Below are positions 9,458-21,531 of a DNA stretch of 64,000 nucleotides, in pieces; the stretch's first letter is position 1, and every line of letters starts with the position of its first letter. Made by a program: the position numbers and the translations under genes. The DNA comes from Shigella phage ESh18. Location: sequence record ON528728; one strand, written 5' to 3'. Below the pieces are notes generated by a model. It saw only the letters and a list, made by a program, of their open reading frames with translations, ran no database searches and was not told the DNA's origin.

Positions 9458-10320
9458 TAGAATGCTCCTTGGAAAATATTATCACCACTAGTAAATCTAT
9501 TAAAATACCCTGCATCACCAGGCTTAGTATAACTCCACGTATGGAATGGATTCATATGATACGGGTGTGTATAATATGGATTATATGGATGTGTATAATA
9601 TGGATTATACGGATTAAATCCAGGAGTTCTCCAGGTAGTGTTCCAACGAAAAGAATCGTTTTTAACCATCTTCTCAATTACATCTTTTATAGCTTTTTCA
9701 CTATCAAAACTTTCTTTATTTTCCTTCGGTGAAAAAAGCTTATTTTCTACATCATTCCATGTATAAACTCGCTGCGCAGTTTTTGGAATATTGTCACGCT
9801 CTCCTCGAGCCATCCAATAAACCGGAACATTTAATATTTCACTCGCATGATCGCAGTGGTGAGCAAGATCGTCAATATAACAAATTACGTTATATTTCTC
9901 TTTTGCCTTTTTGAATAACTCTTCTTTTGAAGAATCATGACCACACATCATTACTTCTGAGAAGGCACCAGGAAAAAGAGCATTCAAATTAAATTGACGA
10001 TTCAACAGAGCGTCAATAGAATCACCCAATGCTGTAACAGCTACAAAATTATAATCTTCTTTTAATTTGTTAATTACACACAGAGCATCTTTATACGGAG
10101 ACAAGTAACGAATAAAATCTGAACGATTGTATTTTTCAATTAACTTGACGCCAAGTTCTTCATCACAATTAAATAGTTTACCTGGAGAAATAAATTTCTC
10201 ATCTTGGATCATTTTTAAAATATGTTCTAACGGAAGATTATATTTCTGAGCAAAATAAGGAAGACCTGATTGCCAGCTTAAACATACTCCATCAATATCA
10301 GTTAAAATAGTAGGCTTCAT
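9457..10320 (-). CDS. HAD-superfamily hydrolase-like protein (putative phosphatase/nucleotidase) with repeat-rich Tyr/Pro/His C-terminal tail
   Basis: 287 aa; N-terminal LTDIDGV motif resembling HAD motif I (DxDG[TV]); C-terminal NPYNPYYTHPYNPYYTHPY encoded by 24-bp tandem DNA repeat. Confidence 0.55.
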   Translation of the reverse strand: MKPTILTDIDGVCLSWQSGLPYFAQKYNLPLEHILKMIQDEKFISPGKLFNCDEELGVKLIEKYNRSDFIRYLSPYKDALCVINKLKEDYNFVAVTALGDSIDALLNRQFNLNALFPGAFSEVMMCGHDSSKEELFKKAKEKYNVICYIDDLAHHCDHASEILNVPVYWMARGERDNIPKTAQRVYTWNDVENKLFSPKENKESFDSEKAIKDVIEKMVKNDSFRWNTTWRTPGFNPYNPYYTHPYNPYYTHPYHMNPFHTWSYTKPGDAGYFNRFTSGDNIFQGAF

Positions 10321-10781
10321 AGAGAGTCTCTTAATAGGTTTAACACATCAATAAATTCAGCTTCGGTTAGTATTGTATCATCTTTTGTTAGACCACTAGC
10401 CATGCTGTGCTTCAAAACTTTTCCTTTCGAGGCTAGTAATGCATCACGAAAGCCCTTGTTTTGAATCGCTGCTTCAAAATATGCATTTGTGTATAATTCT
10501 TTCCACGCCGGGGAGTATCTTGAAAACGGAACTCCGAGCCAGAAGAGGGTCCCACGGTCCTGAGCTCTTGCATAAGACCTTCCAGCTTGCTGTGCGGCAA
10601 GCCCGGATAACCCAAATATACGACGTTGTTGTTCAACATTTTTCACCTTACACCCTTGGAGGAATCCTTCGAGACCTCCAAATTGAATACCATCCATGAC
10701 GAAAGGCCATTGGGCGAAATTACTTAATGCACATGATGGCCACCTAAAATTGCTTCTAATCTCTAACTCAGACATTTTCAA
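10317..10781 (-). CDS. NADAR (YbiA/DUF1768-like) domain protein
   Basis: 154 aa; motifs SNFAQWPF..DG and LEGFLQGCKV, FRDALLAS resemble the E. coli YbiA/NADAR signature as I recall it. Confidence 0.55.
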   Translation of the reverse strand: MKMSELEIRSNFRWPSCALSNFAQWPFVMDGIQFGGLEGFLQGCKVKNVEQQRRIFGLSGLAAQQAGRSYARAQDRGTLFWLGVPFSRYSPAWKELYTNAYFEAAIQNKGFRDALLASKGKVLKHSMASGLTKDDTILTEAEFIDVLNLLRDSL

Positions 10782-10974
10782 TGCTTATAATTTCAACATC
10801 AGCCCAATGACCATAGCAAGGAAGACGAAATTCAACTGGCCAGTTAGGGTCCTTTTCTAATATAATAGACTTAACTTGTGGTTCTTCATGTTCATCAGTA
10901 TATGGATTTTTATCTGTTACTTTATATGTGACCTTAATGTACTGAATTCCAAAAATCTTATTAATTATATTCAT
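10768..10974 (-). CDS. hypothetical protein
   Basis: 68-aa ORF in 30.x cluster. Confidence 0.45.
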   Translation of the reverse strand: MNIINKIFGIQYIKVTYKVTDKNPYTDEHEEPQVKSIILEKDPNWPVEFRLPCYGHWADVEIISIENV

Positions 10975-11168
10975 ACTAATTCCTTTAATCCGTAAATAGG
11001 AGATAATTCATCACCCATGCGAAGGTCTTCATTTCCATCTACCCAGGAAACAATATAAGCCTCTTTTATTTGAATACCACTCCATTTAAATGGAGGTAGA
11101 ACCTTAGAAATTAATCCAGGTATACCAATTCCCTTTAATTCAACAGTTTGACCTAAAAAGAATTTCAT
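10971..11168 (-). CDS. hypothetical protein
   Basis: 65-aa ORF, coupled to neighbours. Confidence 0.45.
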   Translation of the reverse strand: MKFFLGQTVELKGIGIPGLISKVLPPFKWSGIQIKEAYIVSWVDGNEDLRMGDELSPIYGLKELV

Positions 11169-11455
11169 TAGAACCTCATCTGAAAACCGTGCGATTTAAC
11201 ATTACCGCCGCCAATATCAGAAATGTTAATTTCACGCGCAATTGAAGGGTCAATGTCAATTTCGCGATTGAGTTTAGTGATAGCTAAAGTATCGCGCCCA
11301 TTTACAGTACGAAACTCTAAAGGACAAACCACATCAACGTAGTTTTTAATCGATTCGCTAGTAGGTTGCAAATGTGCAGGAAGGTCTTTAGGCGCCTTAG
11401 AGAAAACCACTTCACAGAAGTTTTTACGAGTATCAAAATAAGTAGTCATAAACAT
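11168..11455 (-). CDS. hypothetical protein
   Basis: 95-aa ORF. Confidence 0.5.
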   Translation of the reverse strand: MFMTTYFDTRKNFCEVVFSKAPKDLPAHLQPTSESIKNYVDVVCPLEFRTVNGRDTLAITKLNREIDIDPSIAREINISDIGGGNVKSHGFQMRF

Positions 11456-11496
11456 AGTATTTTCCTCAGCAAGGGGCCGAAGCCCCTCATTTTATT

Positions 11497-11874
11497 TTAA
11501 ATATCAAATTCGTTAAGAACTACATCAAAGATTGCTTCAAGATGCTCAGGTTTAGCTCTATTACTCAGAATATGACGAATCCAAGTTTTAACCAAAAGCT
11601 TGCGATTAGCACCATTCCAGCAAGGATGAGTCCCTAAATCACGTTGACGAAAATCATCATCCAGAGCGATTTTGAAGTTTGAACCTTCCATTGTGATTGA
11701 AACCGTGATTCCATTTTCAAATCGCATATAAACGTAGTTAGGAGTCATATACTGTTCAATTTCGCATACTGATCCATTTTGATGTTTCCAAAGGCAGATA
11801 GTATCAATAGAACCTGCAATACCATTAGAAACATATTTACGTTCAAAGTTGATGTAGTTCATTTTATTCTCCAA
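11497..11874 (-). CDS. hypothetical protein
   Basis: 125-aa ORF with upstream early-promoter-like sequence. Confidence 0.5.
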   Translation of the reverse strand: MENKMNYINFERKYVSNGIAGSIDTICLWKHQNGSVCEIEQYMTPNYVYMRFENGITVSITMEGSNFKIALDDDFRQRDLGTHPCWNGANRKLLVKTWIRHILSNRAKPEHLEAIFDVVLNEFDI

Positions 11875-11931
11875 GATGTTTAATTGCGGTACAGGTATAT
11901 AATATCATATCCTGTACCAAAGTAAACTATT

Positions 11932-12300
11932 TTATGCAACTTTAATCCAATTATCTAAATTTAATTCACCTTTGGCTTTCATTTTTTCAATCAAGAGGTC
12001 AGCGGTAATACGACCATTTTGATACCACGTAACATCTTCAGAGTAACCAGTTTCTTTATCTTCATAAGTCTCACAACGAATTTTACCAATAATCAAAGTT
12101 TTCAATTCGTATGTATCTCCAGTAAAAAAGTTAGTTAACATTATTTTCCAAGAGAAATCATCAGAAGGACCTTCAGGAGTCATGCAACTTACAAATTCAA
12201 ATTGTTCTTTGTATAAGTGCCACTGAAGTTCTTTAGTTTCGATAGCTTTATAGCCGTCGTGATCTTTACCTTTGATGTATGAGTTAAGATTGATTTTCAT
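11932..12300 (-). CDS. hypothetical protein
   Basis: 122-aa ORF preceded by GTTTACA / extended -10 promoter at 12305-12361. Confidence 0.5.
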   Translation of the reverse strand: MKINLNSYIKGKDHDGYKAIETKELQWHLYKEQFEFVSCMTPEGPSDDFSWKIMLTNFFTGDTYELKTLIIGKIRCETYEDKETGYSEDVTWYQNGRITADLLIEKMKAKGELNLDNWIKVA

Positions 12301-12304
12301 TTTA

Positions 12305-12361
12305 TTCTCCTTTGTTTGTGTAAGATAATACTATCACAAAGGAACTATACTGTAAACAACT
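12305..12361 (-). promoter_or_regulatory. early (sigma70-type) promoter: GTTTACA -35, TG-n-TAGTAT -10
   Basis: Read on minus strand upstream of 122-aa ORF. Confidence 0.45.
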
Positions 12362-12387
12362 TTATGCAATCTTTGGAAAATAAAAAA

Positions 12388-12407
12388 GGACTCCCGAAGG
12401 AGTCCTC
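12388..12407 (-). terminator. intrinsic terminator GGACTCC-cgaa-GGAGTCC followed by T-run (minus strand)
   Basis: Perfect 7-bp stem directly after stop of small basic ORF. Confidence 0.6.
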
Positions 12408-12410
12408 AAC

Positions 12411-12629
12411 TTATGCTTTCTGCTTACCAAAACGAGAAGCATCATCTCGAAGAACCGCACGTGCTCGGCGCATGATCTTCTCAACAGTTTGATTGATACG
12501 AGAGTTCGACCCACGCTTGTAGCCAGCGCGTTTAGAATCACCAACTTTCTTTTCAACTGCTTTCTTTGCTTTAACTTGTTTTGCCATTATAAATTCTCTT
12601 TTAAATGAAAATGCAGGACTTATTGGCAT
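12411..12629 (-). CDS. small highly basic protein (likely starts at internal Met, MAKQVKAKK..., about 58 aa)
   Basis: Lys/Arg-rich ORF; good RBS before internal ATG near 12587. Confidence 0.5.
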   Translation of the reverse strand: MPISPAFSFKREFIMAKQVKAKKAVEKKVGDSKRAGYKRGSNSRINQTVEKIMRRARAVLRDDASRFGKQKA

Positions 12630-12831
12630 TGCCTGCGCAAGCCCTCAAGGGGGTACTTAGGTTTTGTATATTTACCGACAGGATAACCATAAACCCGTCA
12701 TCATTCACATTCAAGAGGTACACCGTAAAACTGCCGGGGTCTTAAAACTATAATGATTCGCAAATCATTAATCAGACAGTTCGACGGCTCCTCGATTTTA
12801 GCTCACACTAAGGCAGTGAATCTCCAATAAA

Positions 12832-13080
12832 TTACTTCAGTGTTACCACAAAGTGACGAACTGCTTTTCGTGCAGCAGAAGCCAGAGGCTTAGCATATTT
12901 AAGTTCATCTTTTTCCTGAAGCTCAGCAGCTAATGCAGTTTGAGCAGGATTCAGATGTTTAAAATAACGCAGGATTTCAAGAGCTTCGGCTTCAACATCA
13001 ATAGATGCGCCATAGTTTTCGTGACCATTATTCCATGCGTTTCGTTGCAGTTCAAGAGCGTGTTGTAATTGTTTAATCAT
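12832..13080 (-). CDS. rIII: lysis-inhibition accessory protein rIII
   Basis: 82-aa ORF at the position and size of T4 rIII, between the 30.x cluster and gene 31. Confidence 0.7.
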   Translation of the reverse strand: MIKQLQHALELQRNAWNNGHENYGASIDVEAEALEILRYFKHLNPAQTALAAELQEKDELKYAKPLASAARKAVRHFVVTLK

Positions 13081-13227
13081 TTAAAAATTCTCGTTAGAGA
13101 TTAAAACTCGGTAGTCACGTTCTTCTGAATTTCATCTTCTTTCGACAGATCTCTCAGTTGTAGACTACCACATAGAATTGTTCGGTTAACTTATTATTCC
13201 GACACCCAATTCATATTATTATTTATA

Positions 13228-13563
13228 TCACTTATAAAGACACGGAATAGCTTTATAGTGACAGGTAACGAATTTTTGCTTAATTTCTTTTGGCTGCTTA
13301 AGACCCAGAGCTACAAAAGGATGTGGAACGTTTCGAATTTGACCAACTGGAAGAGAAGTCAAATCACCAACTTCACAGAAACCTTCAGGAACATCAGGAC
13401 CAACAGAGTGAATTACACACAGTTCAGGAACTTCACCTTGAACACGTTTACCGATAATAAGTCCTGATTCTGTAACTTCTTCATCACCGGCTTGTGCAGG
13501 TTCAGAAACTAAAATAACATATTCACCGACAGCACGAATTGGTAGCTGTTGTACTTCAGACAT
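13228..13563 (-). CDS. 31: co-chaperonin gp31 (GroES-like)
   Basis: 111 aa, same as T4 gp31 as I recall; mobile-loop-like Gly/Glu-rich segment. Confidence 0.8.
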   Translation of the reverse strand: MSEVQQLPIRAVGEYVILVSEPAQAGDEEVTESGLIIGKRVQGEVPELCVIHSVGPDVPEGFCEVGDLTSLPVGQIRNVPHPFVALGLKQPKEIKQKFVTCHYKAIPCLYK

Positions 13564-13574
13564 CGTTTTTCCTT

Positions 13575-13620
13575 TTTGTTAACAGATGAATTAATAATAA
13601 CAAATAATTCTTAAAGCATT
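13575..13620 (-). promoter_or_regulatory. candidate middle promoter with MotA-box-like TGCTTTA upstream of gene 31
   Basis: Reverse complement of taaagca at 13612-13618 followed by TATTAT-like -10. Confidence 0.3.
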
Positions 13621-13928
13621 TATTTACCAATAAATTGAAGCAAATGCTCAACTTTCATACCATTAACGGAAATCAATTTGTCAATAGAAAAACCTCGCCA
13701 CGCACCAAGCTCAACATCAAATACTGGAATCATGTCAGTAGATTCTTTCCGAGTAGATTCAGTCAATTTACCAGTTTGCATGGTTGGCATAAAGTCTGCA
13801 TCACGAGTACCTTTCATAGTACGAATAGTACCGTCAGACTTTTCAAAAACTACGTTTGAAACACCCATGGACAGTTTAGTTTTCAAAATTTCACGAATTG
13901 CTACTTTCTGCTCAGTTGTCAGTTTCAT
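13620..13928 (-). CDS. hypothetical protein (31.1-position)
   Basis: 102-aa ORF. Confidence 0.5.
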   Translation of the reverse strand: MKLTTEQKVAIREILKTKLSMGVSNVVFEKSDGTIRTMKGTRDADFMPTMQTGKLTESTRKESTDMIPVFDVELGAWRGFSIDKLISVNGMKVEHLLQFIGK

Positions 13929-14165
13929 TTATTTACCTATTACAGTTTTAATATGAGTTGTTCCACGTTCTTTAAGGGTGGAAAGTAATTTTTGGCATTT
14001 TTCTAAATCAGATTTCCAACTATACGGTCTATCAATACTAGTCCAATCAGTTTTATAATACTGTTTCCATTTAGAGAAAAAATATTTCTTATACTCTACA
14101 GCAAATGAGATGTTCTCGTTAGAATAAGAACTAATTGCTGTAAGCTTTACCAAACGAAATTTCAT
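13929..14165 (-). CDS. hypothetical protein (31.2-position)
   Basis: 78-aa ORF. Confidence 0.5.
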   Translation of the reverse strand: MKFRLVKLTAISSYSNENISFAVEYKKYFFSKWKQYYKTDWTSIDRPYSWKSDLEKCQKLLSTLKERGTTHIKTVIGK

Positions 14166-14746
14166 TATTCACCACAGAATTCGTTGATATTTTCCCAATT
14201 TAACTTATTCAAGTTTTTCTTAGGAACATTAAACACTTCAATACCTGCATTTCGCAGAATATCATCCCAGCCAGGTTTATTTTTATCATATGTTTCGCAA
14301 TAAACCAGCTTTTTAATACCAGATTGAGCTATTGCTTTTGCGCAATCTGGGCAAGGAGAAAGTGTTACATACATAGTAGCACCTTCAATAGAAGAACCAT
14401 TTCGTGCAGCAAACAAAATTGCATTTAGTTCAGCATGAATTTCATTTTTAGACGACCATTCAGAGTGAGCGCTACGATGTTCTTTCGCCAAAACAAAACG
14501 ATCAGTTGAACCAAATGATACGCATTCAGGCTTATGACCTTGAATGATAGTGTGTTTAGGCTTATTCAACAACCAACCTTGCTCAGCAGCATAATCACAA
14601 CAGTTCACACCCCCTGCTGGGGAACCATTATACCCAGTAGAAATAATACGTCCATTCTTTTCAATTACTGCTCCTACCTTCCAGGAGCAACATTTTGATT
14701 CCTGTGATACTAAATATGCAATTTGAAGTACTGTACTCGCTTTCAT
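14165..14746 (-). CDS. cd: dCMP deaminase
   Basis: 193 aa; zinc-binding deaminase motifs HAE...PCxxC (HAELNAI, SPCPDCAKAI). Confidence 0.85.
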   Translation of the reverse strand: MKASTVLQIAYLVSQESKCCSWKVGAVIEKNGRIISTGYNGSPAGGVNCCDYAAEQGWLLNKPKHTIIQGHKPECVSFGSTDRFVLAKEHRSAHSEWSSKNEIHAELNAILFAARNGSSIEGATMYVTLSPCPDCAKAIAQSGIKKLVYCETYDKNKPGWDDILRNAGIEVFNVPKKNLNKLNWENINEFCGE

Positions 14747-15081
14747 TTCATAATCACCAGATAAGCAGATTTAGCAGTTTCAACACGATAAATTTCGTGA
14801 CGAAGTTTAGTTATACTTTTAATAACAGAACTAATTATATTCTGCCCATCTTTAAAGCGGTTTTTCTTATCAATAAAAATTGCGCCAACCATCTTTTTGT
14901 GAAGCTCAACTGGATACTTCGTCACAATAATAGCATCATACACAGAAGGATGAATACTATTCACCAGAGTATCATTCATTAAAGTTATTCTAATGAACTG
15001 TGCTGTTTCAGAATCAAGCGCTCTATGATCGCCAGCATCATTTTCAAGACAATTATCAATTATATCAGTTAAATTCATCAT
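14743..15081 (-). CDS. hypothetical protein (cd.x cluster)
   Basis: 112-aa ORF. Confidence 0.5.
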   Translation of the reverse strand: MMNLTDIIDNCLENDAGDHRALDSETAQFIRITLMNDTLVNSIHPSVYDAIIVTKYPVELHKKMVGAIFIDKKNRFKDGQNIISSVIKSITKLRHEIYRVETAKSAYLVIMK

Positions 15082-15317
15082 AGTACGCCATACACCCTTT
15101 GTGCTTCAACTAATCCATCAAAATCCAATTTAAGATGCGATATTTGATCGCCATCACCTGGATTCACAATTACTAATACTGAACGAGGAGTTTCGGTAAT
15201 AACACGAACCGATGTTTCAGGAAATCGTTCAGAAACCTTATTTACTAATTCCTGCGCAAATAGTTTAACTTTTTCTTGGAATTCTTTAACAGTAATTGGT
15301 TTTTCACTTAGCAGCAT
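15078..15317 (-). CDS. hypothetical protein (cd.x cluster)
   Basis: 79-aa ORF. Confidence 0.5.
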   Translation of the reverse strand: MLLSEKPITVKEFQEKVKLFAQELVNKVSERFPETSVRVITETPRSVLVIVNPGDGDQISHLKLDFDGLVEAQRVYGVL

Positions 15318-15378
15318 TTTGTTTTCCTCATTTGTTTGGTAGAGCTATAATATCACAACTCTACCGTAAAGTAAACTA

Positions 15379-15654
15379 TTAAATTGCTTTGAATTCTGCT
15401 GTCTGCGATTCAAAACGAATGTCGCCTTTGATAACTAACTCAGCATCAAGACCGAATACAACAATGATATGCGCGGAACCTGGATATAGCGTAATTGCAA
15501 TAGAATCCACCTGGTCTGGAAGCAAAGTGTTCAATACATGAGTCACTTGAGCATGAATTCGAAGCTCGGCTGCGTTATCAAGCTTTTCAAACATATTATT
15601 AGCAATAATTTGGCTAAACACTACTTCTACGATTTTAGAATAAGTCGGAAACAT
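15379..15654 (-). CDS. hypothetical protein (cd.x cluster)
   Basis: 91-aa ORF. Confidence 0.5.
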   Translation of the reverse strand: MFPTYSKIVEVVFSQIIANNMFEKLDNAAELRIHAQVTHVLNTLLPDQVDSIAITLYPGSAHIIVVFGLDAELVIKGDIRFESQTAEFKAI

Positions 15655-15656
15655 AT

Positions 15657-15849
15657 TTACCTCACATAATTTTCTTCAAGCCAATCAATAACATCCAATG
15701 CATTATCAAAAGTTGAACCATCTACTTTGTCTTCTGTTTCATAATCAAGAACATCTAGGCCTAATCTTCCGTTAACAATAGGCCATAGACAAAATAGATA
15801 TTTCTTTTCTTTTTCAATTTTATCACAAAGACGATAAATCTTTTCTAGG

Positions 15850-15857
<8 letters not shown>
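15657..15857 (-). CDS. hypothetical protein (cd.x cluster)
   Basis: 66-aa ORF. Confidence 0.45.
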
Positions 15858-17254
<1,397 letters not shown>

Positions 17255-17482
17255 TTATTTTTCCTCAACCAATGATTGAATATAATCATACAGGTCTTTA
17301 GATGCTTTACCCCACTTATTTTGATATTCATTTTTGAGATTAGCACGTGATTGAGCTAATAAAACATCATTAGTTGGAGGTAAAGATTCTAACCGCTGAA
17401 TCTGGCGTCCATAAATCATTGCAGCCATCTCGGATTCATAAATCAATCCTTTGAGATGTTCAAATTGATGCCATGAAATCAT
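17255..17482 (-). CDS. hypothetical protein
   Basis: 75-aa ORF. Confidence 0.5.
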   Translation of the reverse strand: MISWHQFEHLKGLIYESEMAAMIYGRQIQRLESLPPTNDVLLAQSRANLKNEYQNKWGKASKDLYDYIQSLVEEK

Positions 17483-17778
17483 TTACATTTATCCTCTTTT
17501 AACTCTTGACGATAATAGCATATCATAGTTTTCTGGTCATGTACATATCGTTTTACATCATTAAGCCAAATACGAAATTCCTGAGAATCTTCAAATGGCA
17601 TACCGACCCAAGCTTTACCATCGATAACTTTAACTTGCCAAGATAGTTTAGCTTCGTCATATGACTTTATTTGTACAGGCCAATTAGGATGAACTGTTTC
17701 TTTCTTTACTTCTAGAGGCTTTGTAGAACAACCAACTAGAAGACCAATAGATAATATTACTGCTGATAGTTTAATCAT
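17479..17778 (-). CDS. pseT.2: outer-membrane lipoprotein, o-spanin (Rz1-equivalent)
   Basis: 99 aa; signal peptide with lipobox LLVGC; adjacent to i-spanin-like gene; matches T4 pseT.2/pseT.3 spanin pair. Confidence 0.65.
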   Translation of the reverse strand: MIKLSAVILSIGLLVGCSTKPLEVKKETVHPNWPVQIKSYDEAKLSWQVKVIDGKAWVGMPFEDSQEFRIWLNDVKRYVHDQKTMICYYRQELKEDKCK

Positions 17779-18128
17779 TTAGAAAGGTCCTGGATGTCTT
17801 CTGCGAACTTGTTGAAGGAGTTGTTGATTTGTTTTTCAACCAATCCTGGCTTATGAGCCACCACATCCGCCTTCTTTGCGTCTTTGCGCAGTTTTTCATT
17901 TTCACGCTCAATAGCAGCAATTGCCTCACGATTTTTATTATTCATCGCATCAATATAATTATACTGAATTCGCAAATTATTTAATGCTAAGGCGTTTTCA
18001 TTGGCCGTTTTTGTAATTTCAGTAACCGATGTTTCTAATCTTTCTACCTTATTTTTTAAAATAATAGATGTTCCGCCAAATACTATTACAAGTAATAGCA
18101 AACCTGCTGTCGTATTACTTAATTGCAT
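17775..18128 (-). CDS. pseT.3: inner-membrane i-spanin (Rz-equivalent)
   Basis: 117 aa; N-terminal TM helix (GLLLLVIVFGG) followed by coiled-coil-like periplasmic domain. Confidence 0.65.
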   Translation of the reverse strand: MQLSNTTAGLLLLVIVFGGTSIILKNKVERLETSVTEITKTANENALALNNLRIQYNYIDAMNNKNREAIAAIERENEKLRKDAKKADVVAHKPGLVEKQINNSFNKFAEDIQDLSK

Positions 18129-18625
18129 AAAGTTTTAATAACCTCTATAATATCGTCTTGAGAAAGACCGTTAATTAAAATATGATGTTCAGCAGGAGAT
18201 TTAGAAATTTTAAAGCATGCCTCAACATCTTCTGCCATATCCGATGCGCTACGATTTGGATTACTAATTCCAAGACGATGTTTTCCCGTTAAAGGATTAA
18301 CGATGATATAGCATTTACAGTTGTTAATATGAACATTAGGTTGAGTCTGATTAATGAACACATCACAATCATACTTAGCGAGTTGATTTTCTAAAAAGAC
18401 TTTCATCTCTTCAACCGCATCAGGAAGCATATCACGAGCTTGCTCAAGACGACGATTTCGATATTCTTTAATGGTCGTTTTCCGCTTGACTTGCTTAGCT
18501 AAATCTTTCTTAAGATCGGTGATATATCCAACTCGACGATTTCCTTTGAATACAGAAATCCCATCTGTAGTATCACCGTATGCTTCAACGACCATTTCAG
18601 TAGTAATAAGCTGCAAATCCATCAT
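18119..18625 (-). CDS. alc: Alc, host-transcription unfolding/termination protein
   Basis: 168-aa ORF (T4 Alc 167 aa as I recall) between spanins and rnlA. Confidence 0.7.
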   Translation of the reverse strand: MMDLQLITTEMVVEAYGDTTDGISVFKGNRRVGYITDLKKDLAKQVKRKTTIKEYRNRRLEQARDMLPDAVEEMKVFLENQLAKYDCDVFINQTQPNVHINNCKCYIIVNPLTGKHRLGISNPNRSASDMAEDVEACFKISKSPAEHHILINGLSQDDIIEVIKTLCN

Positions 18626-18628
18626 AAA

Positions 18629-18684
18629 GTCCTCATGTTATGTCAGTAAGACTACTATAACACAACACGAGGGACTTGTAAACA
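18629..18684 (-). promoter_or_regulatory. early promoter plus leader cassette, copy B of 54-bp repeat (see 3282-3336)
   Basis: About 51/54 nt identical to copy A including GTTTACA and GAGGA RBS. Confidence 0.5.
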
Positions 18685-18686
18685 GC

Positions 18687-20298
<1,612 letters not shown>

Positions 20299-20301
20299 TC
20301 C

Positions 20302-21480
20302 TTAAAAATATTTTTTAAAACTCATCATAACTTTATCATCAACATCATTATCAATCTGTGCAACAAGATAAGATGACAGTTCTACTTCTTGTGGCGCGGA
20401 TTGAACATTATCAGAATTAAGATATTCACGAATCCAAGGATATGGATGTTTAACCGGAGCATCGGTAATTGGGCATGGAAGACCACACTGTTTCATACGA
20501 GATACAGTTAAGTAATCAATAAAGCTCCACATGCTATTTGTATTTAATCCAGGAACATCGCCATCTTTAAATAAATGAACCGCCCAATCTTTTTCTTGGC
20601 GGTTAACTTCCATGAAAATATCAACTGCTTCTTGTTCACACTCTTGAGCAATTTTAACCCATTCATCACCATCAGTACCGGATTGAAGCTGACGAATAAT
20701 ATATTGAGTGCCTTTAAGGTGAAGTTGCTCATCGCGCGCAATGAACTTCATAATCTTGGCATTACCTTCCATGATTTCCATGTTTTTATGGAAGTTAAAG
20801 GTACATGCGAAAGATACATAAAAACGAATAGCTTCCAATGCGTTGATTACATGCAAACAGAGGTAAAGAGATTTCATTAGCTCATGCTTCCAATATGTCT
20901 CATGCTCAATAGCATCTTCAATAACGTCTTCGTCTGCATTAATTTCTTTTTGGTATTTGATATCAGCTTTAGCGTTTTCCCAATAACGAGTTTTAATCAG
21001 AACATCATCATAATAACGTCCAATGGATTCAGCACGTTTCATAATAGCTTCATCTAATACAATCTCATCAAACACCTTCGATGGATCAGTATAAAGATTT
21101 CGCATGATATGTGTATATGAACGGCTGTGAATAGTTTCACTAAAAGTCCACGTAGCAACCCATGTATCAAGGCTTGGGTCTGAAATTAATGACATAAGTA
21201 CAGCAGACGGCGCACGACCCTGAATGCTATCCAAAAGTGATTGATATTTCAGATTATTAGTAAAAATATTTTTCTGATACTGAGGAAGCTTATTAAACTG
21301 TGCAGCATCCATCATCAAGTTTACTTCTTCAGGACGCCAGAAAAATGATAATTGCTTTTCGGTTAAATCTTCAAAAACTTTATGACGTTGAATATCATAA
21401 CGCGCAATACCAAGACCTGAACCAAAAAACATAGGTTCTTTTAAAACATCAACTGGATTTGTATTAAAAACTGTGCTCAT
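20302..21480 (-). CDS. nrdB: ribonucleotide reductase small subunit (uninterrupted)
   Basis: 392 aa, class Ia R2-like, single continuous ORF (no intron). Confidence 0.85.
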   Translation of the reverse strand: MSTVFNTNPVDVLKEPMFFGSGLGIARYDIQRHKVFEDLTEKQLSFFWRPEEVNLMMDAAQFNKLPQYQKNIFTNNLKYQSLLDSIQGRAPSAVLMSLISDPSLDTWVATWTFSETIHSRSYTHIMRNLYTDPSKVFDEIVLDEAIMKRAESIGRYYDDVLIKTRYWENAKADIKYQKEINADEDVIEDAIEHETYWKHELMKSLYLCLHVINALEAIRFYVSFACTFNFHKNMEIMEGNAKIMKFIARDEQLHLKGTQYIIRQLQSGTDGDEWVKIAQECEQEAVDIFMEVNRQEKDWAVHLFKDGDVPGLNTNSMWSFIDYLTVSRMKQCGLPCPITDAPVKHPYPWIREYLNSDNVQSAPQEVELSSYLVAQIDNDVDDKVMMSFKKYF

Positions 21481-21531
21481 AAATTTTCCGCTTAGTTAAT
21501 AGTTGGTGACTCGTCCGTGAGTCAAATTATA

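Noticed and set aside
12630-12831. Possible tRNA or small ORF (29 aa, MVILSVNIQNLSTPLRACAGNANKSCIFI) in the long intergenic region
   Set aside because: No cloverleaf or T-loop consensus found by eye; small ORF lacks an RBS; retained only as a structured noncoding candidate
20544-20880. Overlapping ORFs within nrdB on both strands
   Set aside because: nrdB frame is continuous and conserved; no sign of intron or inserted endonuclease
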